This document shows, piece after piece, positions 1 to 10,194 of a DNA stretch of 64,000 nucleotides. Source of the stretch: Nitrospinaceae bacterium (GTDB taxonomy: Bacteria; Nitrospinota; Nitrospinia; Nitrospinales; Nitrospinaceae). The first letter of the stretch is position 1; the number at the start of each line of letters is the position of its first letter. The stretch is taken from the NCBI GenBank assembly GCA_965223665.1, contig OZ245011.1:1280001-1344000 (forward strand), in the 5' to 3' direction. A program made the translations under genes and the position numbers. Under the pieces are notes generated by a model. That model worked only from the letters and a program-made list of their open reading frames with translations, searched no databases and was not told where the DNA came from.

Positions 1-861
1 GAAACTGTTTCTTGTGCTTCAACCGGAAACTTAGCGAATTCTGTAGCTGCTCATGCAGCTGAAGCTGGGCTCAAAAGTTGTATCTTTATCCCAGACGGTT
101 TAGAGTCCGGAAAAATTCTTGGAACCTTGGTATATGGATCACAATTAATCGCAGTAAATGGAAGCTATGATGATGTAAATCGTTTGTGTAGCGAAATAGC
201 CACTACACACCAATGGGCTTTCGTGAATATTAATATCCGAGCCTATTATGGTGATGGTTCAAGATCTTATGGTTACGAAATTGCTGAGCAATTGGGTTGG
301 AAAGCCCCGGATAATGTAATTGTTCCGGTTGCAGGAAGTTCATTAATCACTAAAATCTATAAAGCACTTCATGAGTTTCAAGATTTAGATTTAATTGATA
401 ATGTAAAAACCCGAATATTTGCTGCGCAGGCATCAGGGTGTTCCCCAGTAACTACTGCAATTAAAAATGGCTCCGACACAATAAAACCAGTCAAACCTAA
501 TACCATTGCAAAATCTATTGCAATTGGAAATCCCGCTGATGGATATTATGGGATTAAAACTGCCAAGGAAAGTAATGGTTGGGGAGAAGATGTCTCGGAT
601 AAAGAAGTGGTCGAGGCAATGAAACTTTTAGCAGAAACCGAAGGTATTTTTACTGAAACTGCTGGTGGCGTTACAGTCGGGGTGACTCGAAAATTGGTCG
701 AACAAGGTCGGATTAAGCCGGATGAATTGACGGTTATTTGTATCACAGGAAATGGGTTAAAAACTTTAGAGGCACTTGAGGGCCAATACTCCCAAACTGC
801 GGTCATTCAACCCAACATCCAAAGCTTTGAAGAAATTTTTGCGAATAGTATAACGGTATAA
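1..861 (+). CDS. thrC: Threonine synthase-like PLP enzyme, 5'-truncated by window edge
   Basis: Frame open from base 1 (ETVSCASTGNLANSVAAHAA); motifs ASTGN, YEIAEQLGW, SIAIGNPADG, EGIFTETAGG, ITGNGLKT. Confidence 0.85.
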   Translation, partial: ETVSCASTGNLANSVAAHAAEAGLKSCIFIPDGLESGKILGTLVYGSQLIAVNGSYDDVNRLCSEIATTHQWAFVNINIRAYYGDGSRSYGYEIAEQLGWKAPDNVIVPVAGSSLITKIYKALHEFQDLDLIDNVKTRIFAAQASGCSPVTTAIKNGSDTIKPVKPNTIAKSIAIGNPADGYYGIKTAKESNGWGEDVSDKEVVEAMKLLAETEGIFTETAGGVTVGVTRKLVEQGRIKPDELTVICITGNGLKTLEALEGQYSQTAVIQPNIQSFEEIFANSITV

Positions 862-877
862 CTAAAGGAGATGTTTC

Positions 878-1159
878 ATGGCAGTAAAAGTAAGAATTCC
901 TACCCCTTTAATGAAACTGACCGATAACCAAAGCGAGGTTATGGCAGAGGGAAATACAGTAGCAGAACTACTAAACAACCTGGAAGCTCAATTTTCTGGA
1001 ATAAAAGATCGCATATGTGAGGAAAACGGAACTCCCCGACGTTTTATTAATATTTACCTTAATGAAGAAGATATCCGGTTTCTGGATGGAGAAAAAACTT
1101 CAGTTAAAGATGGCGATGAAGTTTCGATCATTCCTGCCATTGCCGGGGGTATTTACTAA
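878..1159 (+). CDS. MoaD/ThiS/CysO-family ubiquitin-like sulfur carrier
   Basis: 93 aa; RRFINIY, GDEVSIIPAIAGG followed by IY; RBS AAGGAG upstream. Confidence 0.9.
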   Translation: MAVKVRIPTPLMKLTDNQSEVMAEGNTVAELLNNLEAQFSGIKDRICEENGTPRRFINIYLNEEDIRFLDGEKTSVKDGDEVSIIPAIAGGIY

Positions 1160-1164
1160 GAGTT

Positions 1165-1965
1165 ATGGATTTTTCAGACGAGCAAATTGAAAGATATAGT
1201 CGACACATTATTCTTCCAGAAGTAGGAGGAGTTGGCCAGGCAAAATTGTTAGAAGCTCGCGTATTAATGATTGGCGCAGGAGGCCTTGGATCTCCAGCTG
1301 CATATTACTTGGCAGCCGCAGGAGTGGGCAATTTAGGAATAGTTGACTTTGATCGTGTAGACCTTAGCAATTTACAGCGTCAAATTATTCATAATACAGA
1401 GCGGATAGGTATGCTTAAGACAGAATCCGCAAAAAAAACAATTGAAGCACTCAACCCAGATGTGAAAGTGACTGTTTTTAATGAACGCATCTCCTCCCAA
1501 AATATAAAAATACTATTTGAAAACTATGATTATATTGTTGATGGAACTGATAATTTTGCAACAAGGTATTTAATTAATGATGCTTGTATCATGATGGGAA
1601 AAACCAATATCCATGGGAGTATTTTCCGTTTTGAAGGACAAGCCACCATTTTTAAGCCAAAAGAAGGACCCTGCTATAGATGCTTATACCCTGAACCCCC
1701 TCCCCCCGGGTTGGTTCCAAATTGTCAGGAGGGTGGAGTCTTAGGTGTATTGGCCGGTATTTTAGGAAATATTCAAGCTGTTGAAACTTTAAAATTAATT
1801 CTAGGAATTGGTGAGCCTATTGTGGGTCGTTTACTCATTTATGATGCTCTAAAAACTGAATTTCGGAAACTAAAATTAAAACGTGATGAGAACTGTCCTG
1901 TATGCGGCGACAAGCCTACAATCACAGAATTAATTGATTATGAAGAATTTTGTGGGACCGCTTAA
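1165..1965 (+). CDS. moeB: MoeB/ThiF E1-like adenylyltransferase without rhodanese domain
   Basis: RYSRHIIL, GAGGLGS, DLSNLQRQ, DGTDNF, Zn motifs CYRC and CPVC. Confidence 0.9.
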   Translation: MDFSDEQIERYSRHIILPEVGGVGQAKLLEARVLMIGAGGLGSPAAYYLAAAGVGNLGIVDFDRVDLSNLQRQIIHNTERIGMLKTESAKKTIEALNPDVKVTVFNERISSQNIKILFENYDYIVDGTDNFATRYLINDACIMMGKTNIHGSIFRFEGQATIFKPKEGPCYRCLYPEPPPPGLVPNCQEGGVLGVLAGILGNIQAVETLKLILGIGEPIVGRLLIYDALKTEFRKLKLKRDENCPVCGDKPTITELIDYEEFCGTA

Positions 1966-2023
1966 GTATTGCTAATTTAAAAAAATCAGAAACGCCTTTT
2001 AGCGTTTTGAATCTAATATTTGT

Positions 2024-3037
2024 ATGTCAAAAGTAAAGGTTAACATCCATCCTGAAGAACATTTAACACCGGCTTGCCCGGTCATTATCAATTCGTCTGT
2101 TCTTCGAAAAATAGGGAATACACCTATTATTAAAATAAAAAATTTGGCAAAAGACTTCCCCAATGTTGAAATTTATGCCAAAGCCGAATGGCGGAATGCC
2201 GGTGGATCGGTAAAGGCAAGACCCGCTCTTCAAATGATAGAGGACGGGGAAAAATCGGGTGCTCTAACAAAAGACAAAATTATTTTGGACTCCACCTCAG
2301 GAAATACGGGTGTAGCCTATGCTCTTATAGGAAAAATCAAAGGCTATCGCGTAAAACTCGTAATGGCCGCTAACGTTTGTAAAGAACGCAAAGGATTAAT
2401 GGCAGATTATTACGGGGCGGAAATTGTCACCTCTAGCCCATTTGAAGGTTCAGATGGAGCTATTCGTTTGGCACGCAAAATTTATGAAGAAAATCCTGAA
2501 AAATACTTTATGCCGGATCAATATAACAATGATTCAAATTGGCGATCTCATTATTTAAATACCTCCCAAGAAATTTGGAAACAAACGGACGGTAAAATCA
2601 CTCACTTTTGTGCAGGCATTGGCACAGGAGGGACCATAATGGGAAATACCCGAGGATTTCGAGAACTCAATCCTAATATTAAATGTTTCGCTATTGAGCC
2701 CTTAGAAGAATTACATGGTATAGAAGGTCTCAAACACATGGCTTCTTCAATTGTTCCGGGAATTTATGATGAAAACTTTTTGGATGGCAAAATCAGCGTA
2801 ACAACAGAAGATGCATACCAAATGGTAGAAAAATTAGAAAAAGAAGAAGGAATTTTAGTGGGACATTCTTCAGCAGCGGCCATGGTAGGGGCTTTGGAAC
2901 TGGCTAAACAAATTGATAGTGGAGTCATCGTCACAGTATTTCCTGACAGTTGTGATACCTGTTATATCAACTTTGGGAAATTTAAAGAATATTTCGAATC
3001 ACAAAATACTACAACCATTCCTAAGGCAGATTCTTAA
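2024..3037 (+). CDS. cysM: PLP-dependent cysteine synthase family protein (CysM-like)
   Basis: IGNTP, GGSVKAR (PLP Lys), TSGNTG, DQYNN, GIGTGGT, IEGL. Confidence 0.8.
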   Translation: MSKVKVNIHPEEHLTPACPVIINSSVLRKIGNTPIIKIKNLAKDFPNVEIYAKAEWRNAGGSVKARPALQMIEDGEKSGALTKDKIILDSTSGNTGVAYALIGKIKGYRVKLVMAANVCKERKGLMADYYGAEIVTSSPFEGSDGAIRLARKIYEENPEKYFMPDQYNNDSNWRSHYLNTSQEIWKQTDGKITHFCAGIGTGGTIMGNTRGFRELNPNIKCFAIEPLEELHGIEGLKHMASSIVPGIYDENFLDGKISVTTEDAYQMVEKLEKEEGILVGHSSAAAMVGALELAKQIDSGVIVTVFPDSCDTCYINFGKFKEYFESQNTTTIPKADS

Positions 3038-3088
3038 ACTTAATTCTTCAATTAAAATCAAAAGTTCTTCAATAATATCCAATTAAAA

Positions 3089-3412
3089 ATGGCTAGATTT
3101 CAAAAACACCTTTTCATTTGTAATAATCAAAGGAAAGAAGATGATCCAAGAGGGTGTTGTTCTTCACGTGGATCTATGAACCTTTTGGACTATATCAAGA
3201 AACGCGTTCATGAAAGCGGCTTAAAAGGGAAAGTCAGAGTGAATAAAGCCGGATGTTTGGACGCGTGCCAATACGGACCTACTCTTGTAGTTTATCCTGA
3301 GGATGTCTGGTATGCCCCCCGCACCCAGGAAGATATGGAAGAAATCTTTACGGAACATATTCAGAATGACCGACCCGTGGACCGATTAAAAATTCTTTTT
3401 AAAAAGAAATAA
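3089..3412 (+). CDS. Thioredoxin-like [2Fe-2S] ferredoxin
   Basis: HLFIC..RGCC..AGCLDACQYGP..VYPEDVWY. Confidence 0.88.
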   Translation: MARFQKHLFICNNQRKEDDPRGCCSSRGSMNLLDYIKKRVHESGLKGKVRVNKAGCLDACQYGPTLVVYPEDVWYAPRTQEDMEEIFTEHIQNDRPVDRLKILFKKK

Positions 3413-3421
3413 CCGCATTCA

Positions 3422-4165
3422 TTACAAATTCACTGTTTCTACTTTAACCCTGGCTGTACCCTTATTAAAAAAACCAAGTTTCTTTGCCGCCGCCTGACTT
3501 AAATCAATAATCCTGCGCCCGGAAGACCTGTTATGAACACTTGGGAAAGGCCCTCTGTCATTTACACGAACAACAATCGATCGTCCATTTTCTAAATTTG
3601 TCACCCTGACATTGGTTGGTAGTGGCAAATATTTATGTGCAGCGGTTAGCCCATTAGGATGAAACGCTTCACCGTTTGCAGTCATTTGGCCACCCTTTTG
3701 ACGATAAGTCTCAAAACCATACCAGGATGCTGTTCCTGTTTCCCTATACTTTTGCGCCTTAGCAACTGACATGGGAAAATATTTTTTACCTTTTACAGTA
3801 TAGGGAGAGTTTTTTACACGACCCTGTCGAATGGCTTCTTTGACCGGCAAGCCATCAATTGTTTCAATATCGTCATTGGTCAAGGGCCATTCCAAAGGAG
3901 CCTTAATCACATTAAAAGTAAACTCACCAACTTTATAAGTTACTTTACCCACTTCATAAACAGCTTTAGCCGTTCCTTTACCAACTGCATAAACCCCTTT
4001 TACCGTTCCCTTGACTGTGTTGTAAGTGCCTTTGACAACAGAACATCCGGAAACAAAAACAATACATATAAAAATCCAAATAATTGTTGATCTGACCAGA
4101 CTCAAGGTACCCCCAAAATGAGAACAAAACACATAACCTATTGAAAAATATAGTCTAGTTTTCAT
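3422..4165 (-). CDS. rlpA: RlpA-family lipoprotein (septal ring lytic transglycosylase domain); start uncertain
   Basis: Lipobox FVSGC; G.ASWYG, TANGE, TAAHK.LP, VRVNDRGPF, IIDLS. Confidence 0.85.
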   Translation of the reverse strand: MKTRLYFSIGYVFCSHFGGTLSLVRSTIIWIFICIVFVSGCSVVKGTYNTVKGTVKGVYAVGKGTAKAVYEVGKVTYKVGEFTFNVIKAPLEWPLTNDDIETIDGLPVKEAIRQGRVKNSPYTVKGKKYFPMSVAKAQKYRETGTASWYGFETYRQKGGQMTANGEAFHPNGLTAAHKYLPLPTNVRVTNLENGRSIVVRVNDRGPFPSVHNRSSGRRIIDLSQAAAKKLGFFNKGTARVKVETVNL

Positions 4166-4200
4166 TTGAGATCAACAGACTTTTTTTATATGGGTAGAAA

Positions 4201-5988
4201 TCATTTAAGGTGCTTACCTTTGGAGAGTTCGACTTGAAGCTTAACCAAATTAAAATATACACCCTTTTGCTTGAGCAGTTCCTCTCGTGTTCCAAACTCT
4301 TGCACTTTACCTTGCTGTAGCACTAAAACTTTATCGACACTTTTTAAAGTAGATAAACGGTGGGCGATAATAATGGAAGTTCTTCCCTTAATTAATTTTT
4401 GCACAGCTTTTTGAATTAATCGCTCTGTCTCTGTATCGACGTTCGAGGTAGCTTCATCTAAAATTAGAATTTTGGGATCGAAAGCCAACGCACGAGCAAA
4501 AGAAAGTAATTGTTTTTGCCCTAAAGAAAGATTATTACCACGCTCGCTTAATTGCTGTTCATATTTCATGGGAAGATTTTCTATGAAATGGTGTGAATTT
4601 ACTGCATGTGCAATTGATTCTACCTCTTCCAAGCCCTGCCTTTGATTTCCTAACCGAATATTGTCCAAAACGTTCCGGGTAAATAAAAACACATCCTGCT
4701 GTACCAGGGCCATTTGTCGACGCAAATCATATTTATTTCCCTCACTTAAAGGAATATCATCAATAAAAATCTTGCCTTTCTGGACATCGTAAAAACGAAA
4801 CAAAGTATTAATTATAGTAGACTTTCCTGACCCAGTAGCTCCAACAATCGCCAGACTTTCTCCCGGTTCTAAAACAAAATTAATTTTTTTCAAAACGTAA
4901 TCATCATTTTTATAAGCAAACCAAACATCTTTAAACTCGACCCTTCCTTTTAATTTGGAAATTTTCACCGGATGGGTTGGATTCGGCAATTCTTCAGGAG
5001 TATCTAACAATTCAAAAATCCTTTCCGAAGAAGCCATTGCAGTTTGAATAATATTAAATTTTTCTGCCATATCCCTGATAGGTTCGAAAAATTTTTGCAA
5101 ATATTGAAGAAATGCGATGAGAACGCCAAGCTGAATTTCCTCTTGAATAAAGCGCCCTCCCCCATACCAAACCACCACTCCAATACCTATTGCGCTAAAA
5201 ACATCGATAGATGGTAGATACACAGAACTATAATGCAAAGAACGCAAATCTTCCTGGAGTTTCTTTTCGTTAATCGTTTTAAATTTTTCAAAATGATCTT
5301 CCTCTTTGTTGAAAAGCTGCACCGTAGACATCCCGGAAAGATTTTCTTCAAGAAAGGTATTAAGTGTCGTCACATGTGCTCTATTCTTCCTTAATGCATC
5401 ACGAGCCCTAGTTCGATAGGCGTTTGTGGCTAAATATAAAAATGGAAATACAAGGCAGACAACTAACATTAGGCGCCAATCCAACCAAGCCAACATAACA
5501 AAAATTCCAACCAGGGTAAAAACATCACTAAAAACTAAAATTAATCCGGAGGTGAGCATCTCATTAAGCACTTCTACATCATTCACGGCACGAGTTACCA
5601 GTTTGCCAATCGGATTGTGATCAAAAAAACGAAAAGACATCTTATGAATATGACTAAACACCTGAGTCCTTAAATCAAACATGACCCTTTGACCAATGAA
5701 CTGCATAATGTAATGTTGAAAGAACTGAAAAACAAATGCCGCTGCTAAAACAGCTAAATAAGTAAGAGCAATTGTATCCAGGCCTTGGTAATTTGAAACT
5801 TTAATGTAATCATCTATAGCAACTTTCGTTAAATATGGTCCGGCAAGATTTAAAATTGCCACACTAAATAATAGAAAAATCGATAAAACTACTAAGCCTT
5901 GGTAGGGTTTAAGATAACTTAAGATCCGTCTGAATAAAGGCCAATCATAGTAACGATCTTCAATAGACTCCTGAGAAAAATTATTCAT
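4201..5988 (-). CDS. ABC exporter TMD-NBD, heterodimer subunit 2
   Basis: Multi-TM N-terminus; Walker A GATGSGKS; degenerate signature LSLGQ; ILDEAT; IAHR. Confidence 0.9.
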   Translation of the reverse strand: MNNFSQESIEDRYYDWPLFRRILSYLKPYQGLVVLSIFLLFSVAILNLAGPYLTKVAIDDYIKVSNYQGLDTIALTYLAVLAAAFVFQFFQHYIMQFIGQRVMFDLRTQVFSHIHKMSFRFFDHNPIGKLVTRAVNDVEVLNEMLTSGLILVFSDVFTLVGIFVMLAWLDWRLMLVVCLVFPFLYLATNAYRTRARDALRKNRAHVTTLNTFLEENLSGMSTVQLFNKEEDHFEKFKTINEKKLQEDLRSLHYSSVYLPSIDVFSAIGIGVVVWYGGGRFIQEEIQLGVLIAFLQYLQKFFEPIRDMAEKFNIIQTAMASSERIFELLDTPEELPNPTHPVKISKLKGRVEFKDVWFAYKNDDYVLKKINFVLEPGESLAIVGATGSGKSTIINTLFRFYDVQKGKIFIDDIPLSEGNKYDLRRQMALVQQDVFLFTRNVLDNIRLGNQRQGLEEVESIAHAVNSHHFIENLPMKYEQQLSERGNNLSLGQKQLLSFARALAFDPKILILDEATSNVDTETERLIQKAVQKLIKGRTSIIIAHRLSTLKSVDKVLVLQQGKVQEFGTREELLKQKGVYFNLVKLQVELSKGKHLK

Positions 5989-7733
5989 TCTAGAGTGATC
6001 TCCATCTCACGAGCCAGATTCTGATCTTTATAAATTTTTTGGTAAATCCCCTGCTGTAAAATGAGTTCTTGGTGACGACCTTGTTCCACAATTCTTCCCT
6101 TTTCTAATACAACAATATTGTCAACGTAGGGAGTTAATGAAAACCGATGCGTAACCATCAGAGTAGTAATATTTTTAATTTGCGTTTGAATATTGTTTAA
6201 AATAATTTTTTCGGTCTCCACATCAAGACTGGAAAACGCATCATCCAAGATTAAAATTTTTGGTTCTTTTATAAGAGCCCTGGCTAAAGCAATCCGTTGC
6301 TTTTGCCCGCCCGAAAGAGACACACCTCTTTCCCCAACAATTGTTTCAAGCCCTTGAGGCCATCTTTCCAAATCGGGAATCAAGTGCGCACATTGAACCA
6401 CATTTTGAATTTTTTCTTCATCAACACTTGCGCTTCCCATAGCAATATTTTCCCGAATTGTTGCAGAGAATAGAAATGGTTCTTGATCTACATAACCTAT
6501 TTCCTTCCTTAACAGGGAAAGGGGAATGTTTTCTATTGGTTGATCATCAATTAAAATTTTTCCGTCAGTTAAATCATATATCCTTGGCACAAGTTGAATT
6601 AATGAAGTTTTTCCCGCACCTATCATTCCAATCAATGCTAAAGAAGTCCCTTGGGGAATTTCCAAATTTATATTCTCTAACACCTTTTTCTCATCGTTGG
6701 GATACTGAAAACTCATTTCCTCAAATTTGATTTTTCCTTTAATTTGTATATTTGGACACACGGATTCCGTCGGCTTTAATGTGGACTTACTTTCAAAAAT
6801 TGCCTGAACCCGATCCATCGCAGTTAGCCCTTTTTGTGTGAGGTTTATTACAAACCCTATAGCCATCATTGGCCACGAGAGCATTATTAAATAACTATTA
6901 AATGCAACAAAAGAACCTAATGAAATTTCACCGGAAATAACCTCCTTTCCTCCTATCCAAAGAGAAATCATTGCAGCAATTCCTGTTGTGATTACTAATG
7001 ACGGTGTAAAAAGACCAAAAAGACGAGCCAAACTCATATTTTTCTCAATATGCTTTTGATTGAGATCATCAAATTTCTTTATTTCATTTTGCTCTTGAAC
7101 AAAGGCATGAAGCACTCGAATTCCTGCAAGATTCTCCTGAACCATACTGGTAATTTTTGCTAAATGCTCTTGTATGGCTTTATGACGCAGGCTAATTCGA
7201 CGGATAAACATAAAAAATAAAATAGAAACGAAAGGAAGGGGAATCATTGAATAAAGTGTTAATTTAGGATTTATGTAAAACATCATCGAAACCCCAGCTA
7301 CAATGACTACTAAAGCATCGACTATAATTAACAGATTAAGTCCCCAAAACTCCTTCACGGCACGCAGATCATTGGTAGAACGTGAAATCAGGTCACCCAT
7401 TTGGTGATTTTGAAAAAACGTTTGGTCCAACTTTTGAAAATGTGAAAAGAGTTTATTCAAAATGTCCACTTCAATTTTTCTAGAGGGTCCAAAAAGATAT
7501 TTTCGCCAACCAAAACGGGCAATTCCTTGACCCACCGATGCTAGAAATAACCAACCTGCATATTGGATGAGAATAGAACTGGAAGGTTTGTCAGGAAGCA
7601 AATCAATGACGTTTTTGACCAACCAGGGAATGAGAAGACCTAAAGCATCGGTAAATAGGAGGGCAATAATCCCAATTAAGATTTCCCAACGGTACGCTAG
7701 AAAAAATGGTATGAATGGTCGGAGTCGATCCAT
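5985..7733 (-). CDS. ABC exporter TMD-NBD, heterodimer subunit 1 (MdlA/YheI-like)
   Basis: GMIGAGKT, LSGGQ, degenerate Walker B ILDD; ATGA overlap with partner. Confidence 0.9.
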   Translation of the reverse strand: MDRLRPFIPFFLAYRWEILIGIIALLFTDALGLLIPWLVKNVIDLLPDKPSSSILIQYAGWLFLASVGQGIARFGWRKYLFGPSRKIEVDILNKLFSHFQKLDQTFFQNHQMGDLISRSTNDLRAVKEFWGLNLLIIVDALVVIVAGVSMMFYINPKLTLYSMIPLPFVSILFFMFIRRISLRHKAIQEHLAKITSMVQENLAGIRVLHAFVQEQNEIKKFDDLNQKHIEKNMSLARLFGLFTPSLVITTGIAAMISLWIGGKEVISGEISLGSFVAFNSYLIMLSWPMMAIGFVINLTQKGLTAMDRVQAIFESKSTLKPTESVCPNIQIKGKIKFEEMSFQYPNDEKKVLENINLEIPQGTSLALIGMIGAGKTSLIQLVPRIYDLTDGKILIDDQPIENIPLSLLRKEIGYVDQEPFLFSATIRENIAMGSASVDEEKIQNVVQCAHLIPDLERWPQGLETIVGERGVSLSGGQKQRIALARALIKEPKILILDDAFSSLDVETEKIILNNIQTQIKNITTLMVTHRFSLTPYVDNIVVLEKGRIVEQGRHQELILQQGIYQKIYKDQNLAREMEITLE

Positions 7734-7778
7734 GAAAACAACGCAAATAACTTTAAGAGAAGGTTAAATAAAAAAATT

Positions 7779-8504
7779 TCAAACCAGCTCCATAGATAGA
7801 AACATCACTAACAACCCGAATGAAAGGCAAATCAAATTATTATATTTCTTCTCATCTTGTTCGTGAACGGTGGGAAGTAAATCTCCAATTGAAATATACA
7901 GAAAAGTTCCTGCGGAAATACCTAAAGCAAAACCAACGGGATAATTATTTAATTTATCCAAAACAGTCATTGAGATTAAAGCACCAAGGGGAGTTGCAAG
8001 AGAAAACAAAAACATGGATGATAGGATCTTTTCCCGAGAGTATTCACCACCTTTCACAAGAATACTACTTAAAGCTAATGCCGCAGGAAATTTGTGGATG
8101 GTGACAGCTATTAAAATAACCAGACTCAGATTAAATACATTGGCTGCCCCAATTGCCAGTCCATCTAAAAGACTATGAAATCCAATTCCCACATAGGCAG
8201 CCAAACCAATCTTATGGTAATCACAGGCCCCTTCTTCACAAGGGTGTACCATTATAAATTTTTCCATGACATAAATACCCAGAAACCCTAACATCACAGG
8301 GAAACCCATCTCTTTCCCAAGTATGGGAGATATTTCCGGAACCATGTGAAAAAAAACCGCTCCTAACAAAATACCAGCGCAAAAACTTATTAACATACGA
8401 AAGGTATTTTGAGACCAGGTTTTAACGGTAGGAATCCATCCGCCCATAAAGGTAATGGCAAAAATAAAAAATAGAAAAACATAAAGCCAAAAACTGTCTA
8501 GCAC
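7779..8504 (-). CDS. ZIP-family divalent metal transporter
   Basis: Multi-TM; HSLLDG, HKFPAA, GTFLYI. Confidence 0.88.
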   Translation of the reverse strand: MLDSFWLYVFLFFIFAITFMGGWIPTVKTWSQNTFRMLISFCAGILLGAVFFHMVPEISPILGKEMGFPVMLGFLGIYVMEKFIMVHPCEEGACDYHKIGLAAYVGIGFHSLLDGLAIGAANVFNLSLVILIAVTIHKFPAALALSSILVKGGEYSREKILSSMFLFSLATPLGALISMTVLDKLNNYPVGFALGISAGTFLYISIGDLLPTVHEQDEKKYNNLICLSFGLLVMFLSMELV

Positions 8505-8759
8505 CCTTTACAACCTTTTTTAAAATCAAAATTTAAGCGAATTGGAAGTATATATTAATTACAGGTTTTCCGCCCAATTTTCTCCACTAAACTTGGATGA
8601 TAATTTACACAATTAGATTTTAATTTTCATCAAACTATAACTAAAAAACCCGTTTAAAGCTTTAAATTAAACTGTTACCATAAAGAGAAGTGTAACTTTC
8701 ATCAAAAAACTCTTATTTATCTATAAATTTCAAAATTACAATAAGAAATTTCCCATTCA

Positions 8760-10184
8760 ATGATCAGTGTTATTCTAGCAGGTGGTAGCGGCGAACGATT
8801 TTGGCCTCTTAGTCGTGAAAAATATCCAAAGCAATTACTCCCAATTGCAGGGGAAAAAACTTTAATTCAACAATCTGTTGAACGACTATTAACAATTTCG
8901 AAAATTCAAGATATTTTTGTAGTAACAAATGAGCAACATGCTTTAAAAACGTTACAACAATTGTCCCCTTATAATTTTCTTGCACAAAACCTCTTTGCTG
9001 AACCACTGGGTAGAAACACCACACCCGCCATTGTATGGATGGCGGAGTTTCTAAACAAAAACCCTGAAGAAATCATGGGGGTATTTCCAGCAGATCATTT
9101 AATTCGTGATTTTCCCAACTTTCAAAAAACCATACAAAAAAGCGTGGATACTGCAAAGGAAGGTTCATTAGTTACCATCGGTATTCAACCCGATCGCCCA
9201 GAAACCGGTTACGGTTATATTGAATTGGGAAAATCAATTAACCCCTCCGTTTTTCAGGTAAATAAATTTGTAGAAAAACCCAGCAGGGAAATTGCGAAAA
9301 AGTATATAGCTGATGGCAAACACCTTTGGAACTGCGGAATATTTTTATGGAAAGTTTCCACTATCAGAAAAGAATTAAAACATTGGGTACCGGATATTTT
9401 TAACAATATGAGTACTATTGTTTCAAATATGGAATCCGCTGAAGGAAGATTTAATTATCAAAAATTGAATTCTAAAGGTGTAGAAATTTTTAGGAACCTT
9501 CCTTCACTATCTATTGACTATGGGGTAATGGAGAAATCACAAAACGTCAATGTAGTCTCCACAAATATGGATTGGAGTGATGTCGGTTCCTGGAACGCCT
9601 TGGAGGGTTTATCCACAAAAGATCTGCAGGGCAATATTTTTTCCAAAAATGTCTACCACATAGATTGCAAAGGATCACTAATTAAAGCGGACCAACGATT
9701 AATTGGAGCTATAGGTTTGGAAAATCTTATTGTTGTGGATACCACCGATGCTTTACTTCTTTGCCATAAAGACCGAGCTCAGGATATAAAAAAATTAGTG
9801 GGACAACTAAAGAAGGCTGACAGACAAGAAGCCTATATCCACAGAACAGTTCAGAAACCCTGGGGTTCATATACCGTTCTAGACGAAGGAAAAGGTTTTC
9901 TCCTAAAAAGAATCGAAGTAAATCCGGGTGAAAGTTTAAGTTTACAATCCCATACCCATCGAAGTGAACATTGGTTAGTCGTTGAGGGCGTAGCACACGT
10001 ACAATTAGAAAATGAATCCGTACAATTAGCATCCCCACAGTCTATTGAAATTCCAAAAGGGGCCAAACATCGATTGAGCAATTCTAGCGATACCAAATTA
10101 GTATTAATCGAAACTCAACTTGGCGATATTCTTGATGAAAAAGATATCACCAGATTCGAAGATCAATACGGCAGATCATGCTAA
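8760..10184 (+). CDS. manC: Mannose-1-phosphate guanylyltransferase / mannose-6-phosphate isomerase
   Basis: ILAGGSGERFWPLSR..PKQ, PETGYGYI, SIDYGVMEK, WSDVGSW; C-terminal cupin KPWG, LSLQSH.HRSEHW. Confidence 0.93.
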   Translation: MISVILAGGSGERFWPLSREKYPKQLLPIAGEKTLIQQSVERLLTISKIQDIFVVTNEQHALKTLQQLSPYNFLAQNLFAEPLGRNTTPAIVWMAEFLNKNPEEIMGVFPADHLIRDFPNFQKTIQKSVDTAKEGSLVTIGIQPDRPETGYGYIELGKSINPSVFQVNKFVEKPSREIAKKYIADGKHLWNCGIFLWKVSTIRKELKHWVPDIFNNMSTIVSNMESAEGRFNYQKLNSKGVEIFRNLPSLSIDYGVMEKSQNVNVVSTNMDWSDVGSWNALEGLSTKDLQGNIFSKNVYHIDCKGSLIKADQRLIGAIGLENLIVVDTTDALLLCHKDRAQDIKKLVGQLKKADRQEAYIHRTVQKPWGSYTVLDEGKGFLLKRIEVNPGESLSLQSHTHRSEHWLVVEGVAHVQLENESVQLASPQSIEIPKGAKHRLSNSSDTKLVLIETQLGDILDEKDITRFEDQYGRSC

Positions 10185-10194
10185 ACCAATAAGT

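Noticed and set aside
4201-7733. Degenerate ABC motifs (LSLGQ, ILDD) as pseudogenisation
   Set aside because: Complementary degenerate sites are the normal signature of heterodimeric ABC exporters
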